A stretch of 64,000 nt of DNA, taken from IMG/VR virus record IMGVR_UViG_3300024259_001623, one strand, 5' to 3'. The notes beneath the pieces were generated by a model. That model did not search any database. It was not told the origin of the DNA and saw only the letters and a program-made list of their open reading frames with translations. Shown here in pieces: positions 53,883-63,611 of this stretch. The position numbers and the translations under genes were made by a program. This DNA is from a virus. Lineage: Duplodnaviria > Caudoviricetes. Every line of letters starts with the position of its first letter. Within the stretch, counting starts at the first letter, position 1.

Positions 53883-54541
53883 GTTGTGAATCTAGCCTTC
53901 TTTGGAGGTCTTTTAAACTTAGAAGATTCTATCCATTCTCGACCTATATCTTTTAAAATTACTTTCTTAACGTTTTTAGGATAAACACATACCTTTCCTT
54001 CGTGAGATATATTTTCTGCTTTACAAGGCATTTTTATACCAAACTTTTTACCTCTCAACTGAGTCTCAGGATTCAAAGTAGGATCTAAATTGCCCCCGAC
54101 CTTCTTATAGAATCTCTCATGTAAGAAAGCTGGAGATGTTGGACATTTTTGATAGACATAAGGATAAGCTCTTAATGCTACTTCAAAAAGGTTTTTGTGG
54201 GCATCGAAGAAACGCATAATTCTATCGACATTTACTTCTTCCTTCAAAGTCCAATCATCTTCTAGATTAAAAATATACTCAGTCTGAGCAGATGACCAAC
54301 ACCAATTATAAGCCTGAGTATAATTTCCTTGCTCGGGAGTATTAGCTACAACTTTGCCAAAATATTTTTCCGCAACTTTTATAACCTTATTTCTATCTAC
54401 ACTAGCTGGTAGAGGATCAATATTAATGTATAAAGTACATTTATCGAACTCAATACCTTTCAAATTTTTATGAAATGATGCATAAGTTCTATCCACTATC
54501 TTAGGTCGTGCTACCGCAGTAGTTGTAAAATCAAGAATCAT
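53867..54541 (-). CDS. GT-A-like glycosyltransferase
   Basis: TTAVARP, YINID, YIFNLEDDW. Confidence 0.7.
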   Translation of the reverse strand: MILDFTTTAVARPKIVDRTYASFHKNLKGIEFDKCTLYINIDPLPASVDRNKVIKVAEKYFGKVVANTPEQGNYTQAYNWCWSSAQTEYIFNLEDDWTLKEEVNVDRIMRFFDAHKNLFEVALRAYPYVYQKCPTSPAFLHERFYKKVGGNLDPTLNPETQLRGKKFGIKMPCKAENISHEGKVCVYPKNVKKVILKDIGREWIESSKFKRPPKKARFTTWVTK

Positions 54542-55118
54542 TACTTTCTCCTAATAATGCACATTTTATCTGTATTATGTAATTCACAACTAACAATATT
54601 GTCAACTACTATATTCTCTATAAACGGTGATACAATTTTGCCATTATCTATATAATCTCTAAAAACATCTACAGTATACGGAACATAGTCTGCTTTTTTC
54701 TTTTTGTGTGTAGATCTTCTATAACATAAAGACCGCCAGGATTCAAACGATCAAACATAGATTGGAATGTAATCTGTTGGTCGTGAGCGGCATGAGAGCC
54801 ATCATCTATGATGATATCAAACTTGATACCCTTAATAACATCTAACTTATGCATTTCATCTTGCCTGCATATACTAGGAATAAAACGATCATTCTTCTTT
54901 TGCCAAAATTTTGATTTTAGAATATCTACTCCATATATAACAGCATTAGGAAAATAATCCAACCACATCTTTATTGATGCTCCCTTATCTATCCCAATTT
55001 CAAGAAGATTCTTTACATCGTTCCTAATAGGATCAAAAAAAAGAGAATATGTCTCAACATAATTATGACCATTACTCCCTTTATCTGTTGAATATTTTTT
55101 AGCCAATTTATTTAACAT
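54541..55118 (-). CDS. Class I SAM methyltransferase split by a -1 frameshift (149 aa unshifted; 192 aa if shifted)
   Basis: STDK, LLEIGI, IIDDGSH, YVIEDL. A-AAA-AAG at 54699-54693 leads into a 50-codon -1 frame ending TAA at 54543-54541, which overlaps the next ATG. Confidence 0.75.
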
Positions 55119-55123
55119 TTTTA

Positions 55124-55978
55124 TTATATTCCAAAAACTTTTATAGATTTCTTTTTCAACTCATCATTTAACATAACTTTTTTATATCCATTTCTAGACC
55201 GTACATTTACAAAACCAGGTCTATTGGCATCTTTATATTTATATCTTCTAAGAACATCCATTCTGCTTCCATCATTATGAAATTTTAATCTAGAAAAGCT
55301 ACTTCCACCGCCGGCAGATAAAACAATATCTTTTCCTGCATCTGAAAAAGCAATTCCAATTTTCTTACATAAAGACTTCCTATATTTTTTATTTGAGAAC
55401 CATTTATTATAGCTTATACATAATAAATTATTTAAATCAGAATTTCCTAGAAAATAATCTATATGCTCATTATATACCTCCATATATCTTTCCACGCTTC
55501 GGACATTACCATTTTGTTCATCATACATAGGAAGAATCCCAACTCCTTTTTCACTTTTAGCTAAACGACTAGCCGTTAAGTTAGGTAAATCTCTTAAAAT
55601 AATAACATTATAAATTTTCTTACTATTTCCATTATCTGAACTATCTATTTTGTCAAAAACTTCACTTAACATTTTATCTTCATAAGTATGAATTAAACAT
55701 TTCTTACTACATCTTGTCAAATTTTTGACCCTATTCTCATCAACATATGGTTTACACTTAGATGCCTTATTACATCTTTTTCTCCATTTTCCATAATTTG
55801 CAAGATTTCTTTTTGTATAAATAGTTTTACCATTTATTTCTGTGAATGGAATATCTGCAAACCAAAACGCAGAACTACACTCAAAACAATGAGCCAGCCA
55901 ATTCACAACAGCATGATGACCGCTTCGTCTAATGGCAAAAACCCTAAATTCAAACTCATTATCACCAGCATCAACCAT
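55124..55978 (-). CDS. Sulfotransferase-like protein
   Basis: FAIRRSGHHAVVNW, IILRD..NLTASR, ISYNKW, GGGSSF. Confidence 0.65.
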   Translation of the reverse strand: MVDAGDNEFEFRVFAIRRSGHHAVVNWLAHCFECSSAFWFADIPFTEINGKTIYTKRNLANYGKWRKRCNKASKCKPYVDENRVKNLTRCSKKCLIHTYEDKMLSEVFDKIDSSDNGNSKKIYNVIILRDLPNLTASRLAKSEKGVGILPMYDEQNGNVRSVERYMEVYNEHIDYFLGNSDLNNLLCISYNKWFSNKKYRKSLCKKIGIAFSDAGKDIVLSAGGGSSFSRLKFHNDGSRMDVLRRYKYKDANRPGFVNVRSRNGYKKVMLNDELKKKSIKVFGI

Positions 55979-55979
55979 A

Positions 55980-56981
55980 TTATAGACCTATCCATTGCTT
56001 TCTTTCTAACATCCAATTTACTGTTTTCTCTAACGAATCTTCAAAACTAACAGGAACATCCCATCCCATATTGGACATTTTTGTTCCATCTAAAGCATAC
56101 CTCAAATCATGCCCTGGACGGCTAGAATGGAAATCAACCAGTTCGTACTTCAGTGGCTTACCAATAACATCAGCAATAAACTGAGCCATTTCTAAGTTGT
56201 TTACTTCTTTTTCTCCAACAATATTATATTTATCACGACTTTCTCCATTCTTCAACAAGAAATCGATAGCGCTAGCAATATTTCTACAATGAATATAGAA
56301 ACGTGATCCCGGTCTTGTCTTTGTTGCATCTGCATGAATAATCATGTCTTCGCCCAATAGAACCTTTTTAATAATCATTGGAATGAATTTTTCTGGATGT
56401 TGTCTTTCTCCAAATGCATTCATGGTATGAGTAACCATAATTGGAATCTTATATGTATTAGCATATGCCATACATAGTTCTTCTCCACCAGCCTTAGCAG
56501 CAGCATATGGATTAGAAGAATTATATCTATCCCACTCCTTATACGCAACTCCATCTGGTGCTGGTCCGAAAACTTCATCAGTTGAGAAGTAAATCATTTT
56601 TTCCAAAACGCCTTTATCTGACAACTTTCTAGCATAATCCAAAATATGCATAGTTCCAACTACATTACTCATAACAAATGGTCCTGGATCAACAATAGAA
56701 TTATCCACATGAGTTTCTGCTCCCATATGAATGATATAGTTGATGTCTCCCAACTCAGATATAACACCTACTGGCAAAGGATTAGTGAAATCAGTAGCCA
56801 ATGTCATAACTCGACTAATATCAAAACAATCGATATCCCTCAATCTATCAAAACCATCAGAAGCATATGTAAGCTTATCTAGAACATAAATATCCCAATC
56901 AGTATTTTTGATAAGGTGTTCTACCATGTGATGACCGATAAAACCGCAACCGCCTGTTATTAAGACTTTCTTTTTTGACAT
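55980..56981 (-). CDS. rmlB: NDP-sugar 4,6-dehydratase (RmlB/RfbB-like SDR)
   Basis: ITGGCGFIG, DKLTYA, AETHVDNSI, STDEVFG, YAAAK, RPGHDLRY. Confidence 0.88.
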   Translation of the reverse strand: MSKKKVLITGGCGFIGHHMVEHLIKNTDWDIYVLDKLTYASDGFDRLRDIDCFDISRVMTLATDFTNPLPVGVISELGDINYIIHMGAETHVDNSIVDPGPFVMSNVVGTMHILDYARKLSDKGVLEKMIYFSTDEVFGPAPDGVAYKEWDRYNSSNPYAAAKAGGEELCMAYANTYKIPIMVTHTMNAFGERQHPEKFIPMIIKKVLLGEDMIIHADATKTRPGSRFYIHCRNIASAIDFLLKNGESRDKYNIVGEKEVNNLEMAQFIADVIGKPLKYELVDFHSSRPGHDLRYALDGTKMSNMGWDVPVSFEDSLEKTVNWMLERKQWIGL

Positions 56982-57778
56982 TTTCTGATCTCCTTACAGA
57001 AGGATTCAACAATATCTCTTCCTTTATTTTTGAGATGATAGATATAAACATCTTTTCTACCATAATCTTTTAGGTTTGGATCTACATAATTATATGTATC
57101 ACAATTAAATAGACCGATATTATATTCTCCAAACTTATATATTGCTATATCTTTTACACTACGATATTTTTTCGTTAATCTAAAATACTTTAAAACTAAA
57201 GAAGAGAGAAAAACTTGGTCTACCCACCATCTTAAATTCTCTCTCTTCCATGTCTTATGTTTAGGACGATTTTCTTCAAGAGTCCTATATATTGTATCGT
57301 ACTCGGGAAGCGAGTCATCCCCTCCATTTTCCATAGTTTTTATTGCAAAATCACATAATTCATAAGATTTCTTGCTATTTTTACAAAAAATGACTCCCCC
57401 GTTAGAGAAAGCCCTTAACAATCTAGTTTTGATACAATTATTCCGAACCGTGATACCTAAATCAAAATCATTTGCAAATATCTTATTCCAATCTTTATTA
57501 AAAAAAGTATCAAAATCGACAAATGTAGTACCACCGCCATCATAAGATATCTCTTTTTTCAAAACATCGAATTTCAAAAACTGCATTTTATTCTCAAAAA
57601 TATCTTTATCAATATGCTTATGTTCTATATCATGCTGTTTAAGAACCGCTATTTGATCTTCGCTCAAATCTGGAGAATATACTACAAATTCAGCGTCAAC
57701 TTTGTGTCTGGTCAGCAAGAATGGTTTCCCAAACTTAAAATATGCCTTATCAGAGAATGATATAACTTTATTCGCCAT
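56960..57778 (-). CDS. GT-A-like glycosyltransferase
   Basis: FVDFDTFF (DxD), NGGVIF, WWVDQ, YNY, HLK. Confidence 0.65.
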   Translation of the reverse strand: MANKVISFSDKAYFKFGKPFLLTRHKVDAEFVVYSPDLSEDQIAVLKQHDIEHKHIDKDIFENKMQFLKFDVLKKEISYDGGGTTFVDFDTFFNKDWNKIFANDFDLGITVRNNCIKTRLLRAFSNGGVIFCKNSKKSYELCDFAIKTMENGGDDSLPEYDTIYRTLEENRPKHKTWKRENLRWWVDQVFLSSLVLKYFRLTKKYRSVKDIAIYKFGEYNIGLFNCDTYNYVDPNLKDYGRKDVYIYHLKNKGRDIVESFCKEIRKCQKRKS

Positions 57779-58694
57779 ATAGAATCCTTACCATATTATC
57801 ATACGAAGCATCTAAGCTATAATTATCTATAGCACAGCTTCTACACCTATTATGATCGACATTTTTCAACAACCATTCTGAATTTTTTATTAAATTTTTT
57901 CTATCCGTTAAAACGCAGTTATCATTTTTTAAATAATACTTATTATTTGGTGCGTCCTTGTTGTAAACCACAGGCAATCCGCACATTGTCATCTCTAAAA
58001 ATGACTGTGGGAATCCTTCCGCCTTATGTTCAGTAAACAATATCCCAACCTTGGCTCTACTAATGTTGTCTCTGACAAAATCCCCACCAGAGAATGGAGT
58101 ACAAACCACATCATGGATAGAGTCAATTTTATCTTTATGTCTCATACCCCCTATCCACAACACTCTTCTTTTTTCTTTTATCTTGTTCAACTTCTTTATA
58201 AACAGCAATTCATTCTTATCTGCTCTTTTGCCCATCAATAAATAATCGAATTCATCATAATTGCCTACTGGCTTCCAAAAATCTTTGTCTTTGCCTTTAA
58301 ACCATATCTTAGAATTCTTACCCATTCTAGATTTGGAATCTACCAAACTAACATCACAATACTTATTATATAAATTATTTGCACAGCAAGAATAGTAAAC
58401 TTTCTTATTCTTTATATGCCTTAATATCTTTACATCTCTATTTGGATCATTTTTAACAGCCCAAACCATTGCGTCTGGAGACTTATTTATGAAGTTAATA
58501 ACCTTTTGTGGATTTGTCATACTAAATTCCCAGTCTTTATATACTTTTTGATCACTTAAATAAATGATATTACCAAATCTTTCAGCATAAGACCTGTATC
58601 CACAAACAGATCCTCCCTCTATCATCAGTTTCTGGTATTTTTCATTTCTCTTTTTAGTCAACGCACCATACAATAATATCAATTTCTTTTTCAT
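57768..58694 (-). CDS. GT-B (GT4-like) glycosyltransferase
   Basis: EGFPQSFLEMTMCGLPVV. Confidence 0.75.
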   Translation of the reverse strand: MKKKLILLYGALTKKRNEKYQKLMIEGGSVCGYRSYAERFGNIIYLSDQKVYKDWEFSMTNPQKVINFINKSPDAMVWAVKNDPNRDVKILRHIKNKKVYYSCCANNLYNKYCDVSLVDSKSRMGKNSKIWFKGKDKDFWKPVGNYDEFDYLLMGKRADKNELLFIKKLNKIKEKRRVLWIGGMRHKDKIDSIHDVVCTPFSGGDFVRDNISRAKVGILFTEHKAEGFPQSFLEMTMCGLPVVYNKDAPNNKYYLKNDNCVLTDRKNLIKNSEWLLKNVDHNRCRSCAIDNYSLDASYDNMVRILYGE

Positions 58695-58709
58695 TAATAA
58701 AATCCTAAA

Positions 58710-59624
58710 TTATTTACTAAATAACGATACCATCTTGCCCATATTAGTTTTTCTATCGCCGATCTTATTGTTAAGCAAATCAACCATTTCTCCATTCAGC
58801 TTAACTCTTTCATCTTCATCTGTCATCAAACGTTTAACATAAGAAGCAGCCTCTTTAAGCTCTCTGGCGGCATACACAAGCGACGTTCTACCATTTATAG
58901 AGTAATCTCCCATTCCTGCTTTTTTATGGTCTGTGCTGACCAAGGCACAGCCAGCTAAAGATGACTCCATAGGAGGATTATGTAGACCCTCTAATTCGGT
59001 TGGAGATATCCAAACTTTAATTCTATTATACCATTTATTAAGTTTCTTTTCGTCCGGATTTTTAATATCCTTATTCAAAAGTACAATCTTATATCCAGCA
59101 TGTTTGGCTATCTTGATAGCATCAACATGTCTTTTAGTTGCATGTCTTTCGCTATACAAGGCTCCAACAATATTTTCTCTCTCTTGACCCATATTATAAA
59201 ATTTGTCTATATCTAGGCCAGGATATACTAGATCAGAATGTATACCATTTTTCTTTAGATGACTGTGTAACCATTCACTATTAACAACGCAATGTAACTT
59301 ACTGTATGAATCGAATAATTGTTTTTTTGTAGCTTTCCACGTTTCATATCCTCTGATATAGTAAAACTTCTTATCAGCCGGTGTCTCTAAAGTATTTTGA
59401 ACGCTTTCAAGACCAGTAGCAACAACAACATCACATTTAGGACATTTTTGACCGGGCACAAAATCTATGCCTATTGGTTTATGCCAACTATATCCACTTT
59501 TAACATTACTGAACATTATAACTTCATGACCAAGAGAACTCAAAGTTTCTCCGCACTTCAACAATGTTCTACTTCCGCCATTATTACCAAGCCCAACATT
59601 AAATAAATTAAATGCTATTTTCAT
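58710..59624 (-). CDS. GT-B (GT4-like) glycosyltransferase
   Basis: NNGGSR, YYIRGYE, EGLHNPPMESSLAGCALV. Confidence 0.8.
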   Translation of the reverse strand: MKIAFNLFNVGLGNNGGSRTLLKCGETLSSLGHEVIMFSNVKSGYSWHKPIGIDFVPGQKCPKCDVVVATGLESVQNTLETPADKKFYYIRGYETWKATKKQLFDSYSKLHCVVNSEWLHSHLKKNGIHSDLVYPGLDIDKFYNMGQERENIVGALYSERHATKRHVDAIKIAKHAGYKIVLLNKDIKNPDEKKLNKWYNRIKVWISPTELEGLHNPPMESSLAGCALVSTDHKKAGMGDYSINGRTSLVYAARELKEAASYVKRLMTDEDERVKLNGEMVDLLNNKIGDRKTNMGKMVSLFSK

Positions 59625-60316
59625 TTTATAACCTTCCCCATCTTTCTTATTGATTTTACTTTATCTTCGGACAATACTATTTCAGTCTTTTTATCTTTGA
59701 TACCATCAAAATATCTTAGTCCACACATAATCCTACCATTGAAATCCCAAGGATCCCTGGTAGATATAACTCTCTTTATGTATTCGGCATCTCCATCAAA
59801 ATCACCAATCCATTTATAAATGTTATTTACAAAATTGAAAGGGTCTGAAATGATATCTTCATATTTGACAACTATACTTTCTGTTTTATCTATTTTAATA
59901 GTTTTATAAACCTTTGGAACATTATTAAAATAAGTTTTGATACATAAATTCACATCTTTTTCAAATGTTCTTACTTGTGAATTTATAGCAGACAACGGAT
60001 CTCTTATAATATGTATAACATGAAACTTTTTGAATAGTTTCTTGAACTTAGCGAAATATAGATCAAAATCTCTGGCAAAAACATATGGAAGTTTTTGACC
60101 AGCCTTAATAGACATCATTCCACCAGTTTCTTGTTTATTTTGAGTAACTGGATATGTCATATTCTTTATGGCCCATTGGCGTGTTTGAGCTTTCAACAAT
60201 AAGTCTCTTCTCTCATGTACTATATCATAACCCAAAGCCGGATGCATAGAAACTAATCTTCTTAATAATGTAGTGCCTGATCGTTCATATCCCGTGATCA
60301 ATATTCGTTTTTTCAT
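59621..60316 (-). CDS. Sulfotransferase
   Basis: ITGYERSGTTLL, IHIIRDP, VKYEDIISDP. Confidence 0.85.
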   Translation of the reverse strand: MKKRILITGYERSGTTLLRRLVSMHPALGYDIVHERRDLLLKAQTRQWAIKNMTYPVTQNKQETGGMMSIKAGQKLPYVFARDFDLYFAKFKKLFKKFHVIHIIRDPLSAINSQVRTFEKDVNLCIKTYFNNVPKVYKTIKIDKTESIVVKYEDIISDPFNFVNNIYKWIGDFDGDAEYIKRVISTRDPWDFNGRIMCGLRYFDGIKDKKTEIVLSEDKVKSIRKMGKVIK

Positions 60317-61317
60317 AATATGCTTTCTATAATGTTGATTAAATGATCAGAAGCTTGATCTAAACTTAAATGCTTCTCGTAATAGTCTCTTGTATTTATT
60401 CTAGATAAACTATGAATATTATTATCTAACGCTTGTTTTAAATGGTCGCTTGTACCTTTTACCAACATCCCTGTATTCACATTGATATATTTATTTTGCC
60501 AAAAATTTATATTCTTAGTCGCAATAACAGGTATTCCGCAAGCCAAGTATTCGGGTATAACTCTTGGACAAGAATCATAATTGGTTGAACAACATATACC
60601 AACTTTACATTGACTTATTTTTTGGGGTAGTTCTTTTCTTAATGACCAGCCTCCCCATTCTATATTAGTTTTCAACTCTCTAGCCATTCTAACATATTTT
60701 TTATTAGTATTTCCTAAACTAAGGATTCTATATTTAGATTTAGAAAAAGCTTTAATAAGCATCTCATGCCTTTTTATTTCGCCCTGAGTTGCATTTGCCA
60801 TAAAACAGATATCATACTTCTTTTTAGTTTCAACAGGCTTAAAAAGCATAGCAGCAGGCTTTATGAACAGTTCTGCTCTTTTATGCTTATCTTTTTCTAT
60901 TATATTCTTTTGTCTCTTAGAATCTACGATAAACACATCATAATCTTTAAATGAACTGTTAGGAAATGATCTTACACCGGCTCCATAATATATTTTTTTA
61001 GCTTTAGGAAACTTTTTAACAACATTGTCATAATAAGAAAATCCCCCTCTACAGAAAATCAAATCAGGGGAGAATGGAACAAAATCATGTGAAAAGTTTT
61101 TGAAAGACGGAATCCATTGCTCTTTGAAATTATCATCAACAACAAATTCTCTATCTCCATTTACATAAAGAATTCTACCATTAGACTCCATTTTTTTATT
61201 GATAAAATAGAATAATTGAGTCCACATATCCTCGCAATTCTCTATTGAATCATAATACAGCTTTTCAGGATGTTCGTTTTTAGGCGGAACAGACCCTCTC
61301 AAAAATAAAATATTCAT
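60313..61317 (-). CDS. GT-B (GT4-like) glycosyltransferase
   Basis: DSCPRVIPEYLACGIPVI. Confidence 0.8.
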   Translation of the reverse strand: MNILFLRGSVPPKNEHPEKLYYDSIENCEDMWTQLFYFINKKMESNGRILYVNGDREFVVDDNFKEQWIPSFKNFSHDFVPFSPDLIFCRGGFSYYDNVVKKFPKAKKIYYGAGVRSFPNSSFKDYDVFIVDSKRQKNIIEKDKHKRAELFIKPAAMLFKPVETKKKYDICFMANATQGEIKRHEMLIKAFSKSKYRILSLGNTNKKYVRMARELKTNIEWGGWSLRKELPQKISQCKVGICCSTNYDSCPRVIPEYLACGIPVIATKNINFWQNKYINVNTGMLVKGTSDHLKQALDNNIHSLSRINTRDYYEKHLSLDQASDHLINIIESIL

Positions 61318-61318
61318 A

Positions 61319-62017
61319 TTATATCCTATAAGATCTCAAATATTCATTATAAACATCTTTCGGTGTTATCTCTTCCATATACATATCTATTTCGTCTATT
61401 TGTTTCTGATCCAATGTTTTTGCATGATAAGAAAAATCTAATACATTGTCTTTTGTATAAGATTTATTCGTTTTGTCATACTTAGCGATAGATTTTTTTC
61501 TATGACATTCTAGATCAAACTTTTTTGATGAGCGCTTTATCTTAATAAAATCAAGTATCTTCTCCATTTCGGAGAAATCTTTAATAAGGTCTTCATATCT
61601 AACAAGAATTTTATCTCCTGCGAAATTATGATATGCTTTAAGATTTGATACGTACTCACTCATCCTGCTTTTATCCATTTTCGCAGCACGTACATAAGAC
61701 TCTCTATAATCTCTCAATAACAAAACCATTTTAGAGAAAACCTGACGCCCTTCTTCATCATAAAAATTGCATCCCTCATACCCATGAATGTCACGATTCT
61801 TATATCTATCAATATCTCGATATTGTTCCAAATCAAAACAATCAACATTATGAGTTCTCTGTATAATAGGGTGTCCGAACTTAATTAAACGAAATTTGCC
61901 TGGCGTTCTTTGATTGGAGAATAACTCTATACAGTATCTAACCCAATTTAAACCTGATCTTCTAAAAGATACCAAAACTACTCTATCATCATGTTTATCA
62001 CTCAAATTATTTTTCAT
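61319..62017 (-). CDS. Sulfotransferase-like protein
   Basis: VSFRRSGLNW, LLLRDYRESY, VRYEDL. Confidence 0.75.
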   Translation of the reverse strand: MKNNLSDKHDDRVVLVSFRRSGLNWVRYCIELFSNQRTPGKFRLIKFGHPIIQRTHNVDCFDLEQYRDIDRYKNRDIHGYEGCNFYDEEGRQVFSKMVLLLRDYRESYVRAAKMDKSRMSEYVSNLKAYHNFAGDKILVRYEDLIKDFSEMEKILDFIKIKRSSKKFDLECHRKKSIAKYDKTNKSYTKDNVLDFSYHAKTLDQKQIDEIDMYMEEITPKDVYNEYLRSYRI

Positions 62018-62794
62018 TTATAATATTCCCCAAGCCTTTTCATTAGCAACTACAAAAGAATTATTTCCTGATCTTCTCATTTTTCTTTTATTATTTAATC
62101 TTTTTTCATTCTCTGTCCTGTGAGCCGTAGCCAATTTATTAATTTTGAATATAGGATGCCATTGATGTAAAATAGCAGTTTTTGTATGTAACCATTTTAT
62201 ACTAAGCCCATAACTTCTAGCCCTAAAAACCATATCATTGTCCATACCGCCCCACATAGCTAATTTTTCATCGTACCCTCTAACTTTCTTAAACCAAGAA
62301 GTATTTGTAAACTGACAAGCTCCATTGGCAGAATTTTTGCCAAAAAATCTTCCTTTTTTGTTCAATCCATCAAAATCTCTCATAGAAAATTCTTTTACAT
62401 CATCTTTCTTGCCCAGCATATGAACTTTACATAATAACATATATTTCTTGTGTTTTTCCTTCCACAAAGTAGATATGAAATTTTTCTTAAATATATAATC
62501 AACATCAGTACACATAGTATACTTAGATTTAGATCTCTTTATACCTATATTAAGACCTTGTGACTTATTCCAAATTTTACCTCTCATTTTTTTATATATA
62601 TGATTAGCATCATATTTAGCACATAAATCATTTACTTTTGTAAAAGAAGAATCATTACTGATGTCTACAATCATAATTTCAGGAGAAATATCGCTATCCT
62701 GGTTCCTGATAGAATATAAAAAATTATTTAATCTACAAGCCCCTCTATTACCAATATTATGAACAAAACAAATTATAGATAGCTCATTCGCCAT
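62018..62794 (-). CDS. GT2 glycosyltransferase with GT7-C-like motif
   Basis: KSQGLNIGI, TDVDY, GYDE...WGGMDND, HQWH. Confidence 0.85.
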   Translation of the reverse strand: MANELSIICFVHNIGNRGACRLNNFLYSIRNQDSDISPEIMIVDISNDSSFTKVNDLCAKYDANHIYKKMRGKIWNKSQGLNIGIKRSKSKYTMCTDVDYIFKKNFISTLWKEKHKKYMLLCKVHMLGKKDDVKEFSMRDFDGLNKKGRFFGKNSANGACQFTNTSWFKKVRGYDEKLAMWGGMDNDMVFRARSYGLSIKWLHTKTAILHQWHPIFKINKLATAHRTENEKRLNNKRKMRRSGNNSFVVANEKAWGIL

Positions 62795-63611
62795 TTCTTA
62801 CCTTCTTTCCTGACATATTATAATTTAATTCCTTATATTCTACATATATTCTATTTTTCTTTTTTAAAGTTACATAATCTTTATTTTGTTTAACTTTATA
62901 CGAGGCAGAAAACAACCTATTCTTAACACTAATTGCTCCCTTATACGCTTTTTCATGCATCTTTATATACTCTTCGCTTTGATATGCATCATAGAAATTA
63001 TTTTCATCATTAAGACCTGCTCTACAGCATCTCATAGAATAATCTGTATGTCCTCCACCACACATCCCCATGTTCGCAACATCGATATATCCTACTTTCT
63101 CAATAGTCCTTGGAGTAAAAGTCCAAAAACAACCAAAAGCGTCACAAACTCCTCTTACTAGGCATTGTATTGATTTATCTGGATCAAGAATAAGCTTTTT
63201 TCTTATGGTATATTTAGGTCTATACTTTTTTGTCCAACGCAAATTAAAGAAACATAAATGATCATAGCCAGATTTCTGCATTGCTCTTACATACAAATCA
63301 TCCCAACCATTTCTACTAAACAAAACATCATCATCTGCCATAAAACCAAAATCAAAACCCATATCATATGATTCTTTCATCATCTTATTCTTTTGAAAAT
63401 GGACTCCTCTCCTCTGATTCTTAAATACTATAACATTATCGTATTTAGACTGTAACCTATCGCAGTATTCAAGAGTACCATCTATTGAACCATCATCAGC
63501 TATCATAACAGTCCAATCATGATCATTATTTTTACTATCATTCCAAGAAGAAAAAATAGCCTTCAAATATTTCAGTCTATTATATGTTGTTATTCCTAAA
63601 ACTAATTTCAT
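62784..63611 (-). CDS. GT2 glycosyltransferase
   Basis: ITTYNR, IADDGSIDGT, ADDD, VGYID. Confidence 0.88.
   Translation of the reverse strand: MKLVLGITTYNRLKYLKAIFSSWNDSKNNDHDWTVMIADDGSIDGTLEYCDRLQSKYDNVIVFKNQRRGVHFQKNKMMKESYDMGFDFGFMADDDVLFSRNGWDDLYVRAMQKSGYDHLCFFNLRWTKKYRPKYTIRKKLILDPDKSIQCLVRGVCDAFGCFWTFTPRTIEKVGYIDVANMGMCGGGHTDYSMRCCRAGLNDENNFYDAYQSEEYIKMHEKAYKGAISVKNRLFSASYKVKQNKDYVTLKKKNRIYVEYKELNYNMSGKKVRNGE

Noticed and set aside
54669-54671. TAG stop-codon reassignment (alternative genetic code)
   Set aside because: Read-through meets further in-frame TAGs within a few codons, and the -1 frame explains the gap. Other genes end cleanly at TAG (28260, 36548, 37558), and long genes are unbroken in code 11.
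641-63261. The many 60-130 aa plus-strand and nested ORFs in the track
   Set aside because: They overlap well-supported minus-strand genes and have Phe/Ile/Ser-rich antisense-type composition. Only 7475..7762 and 9505..10086 are accepted on the plus strand.
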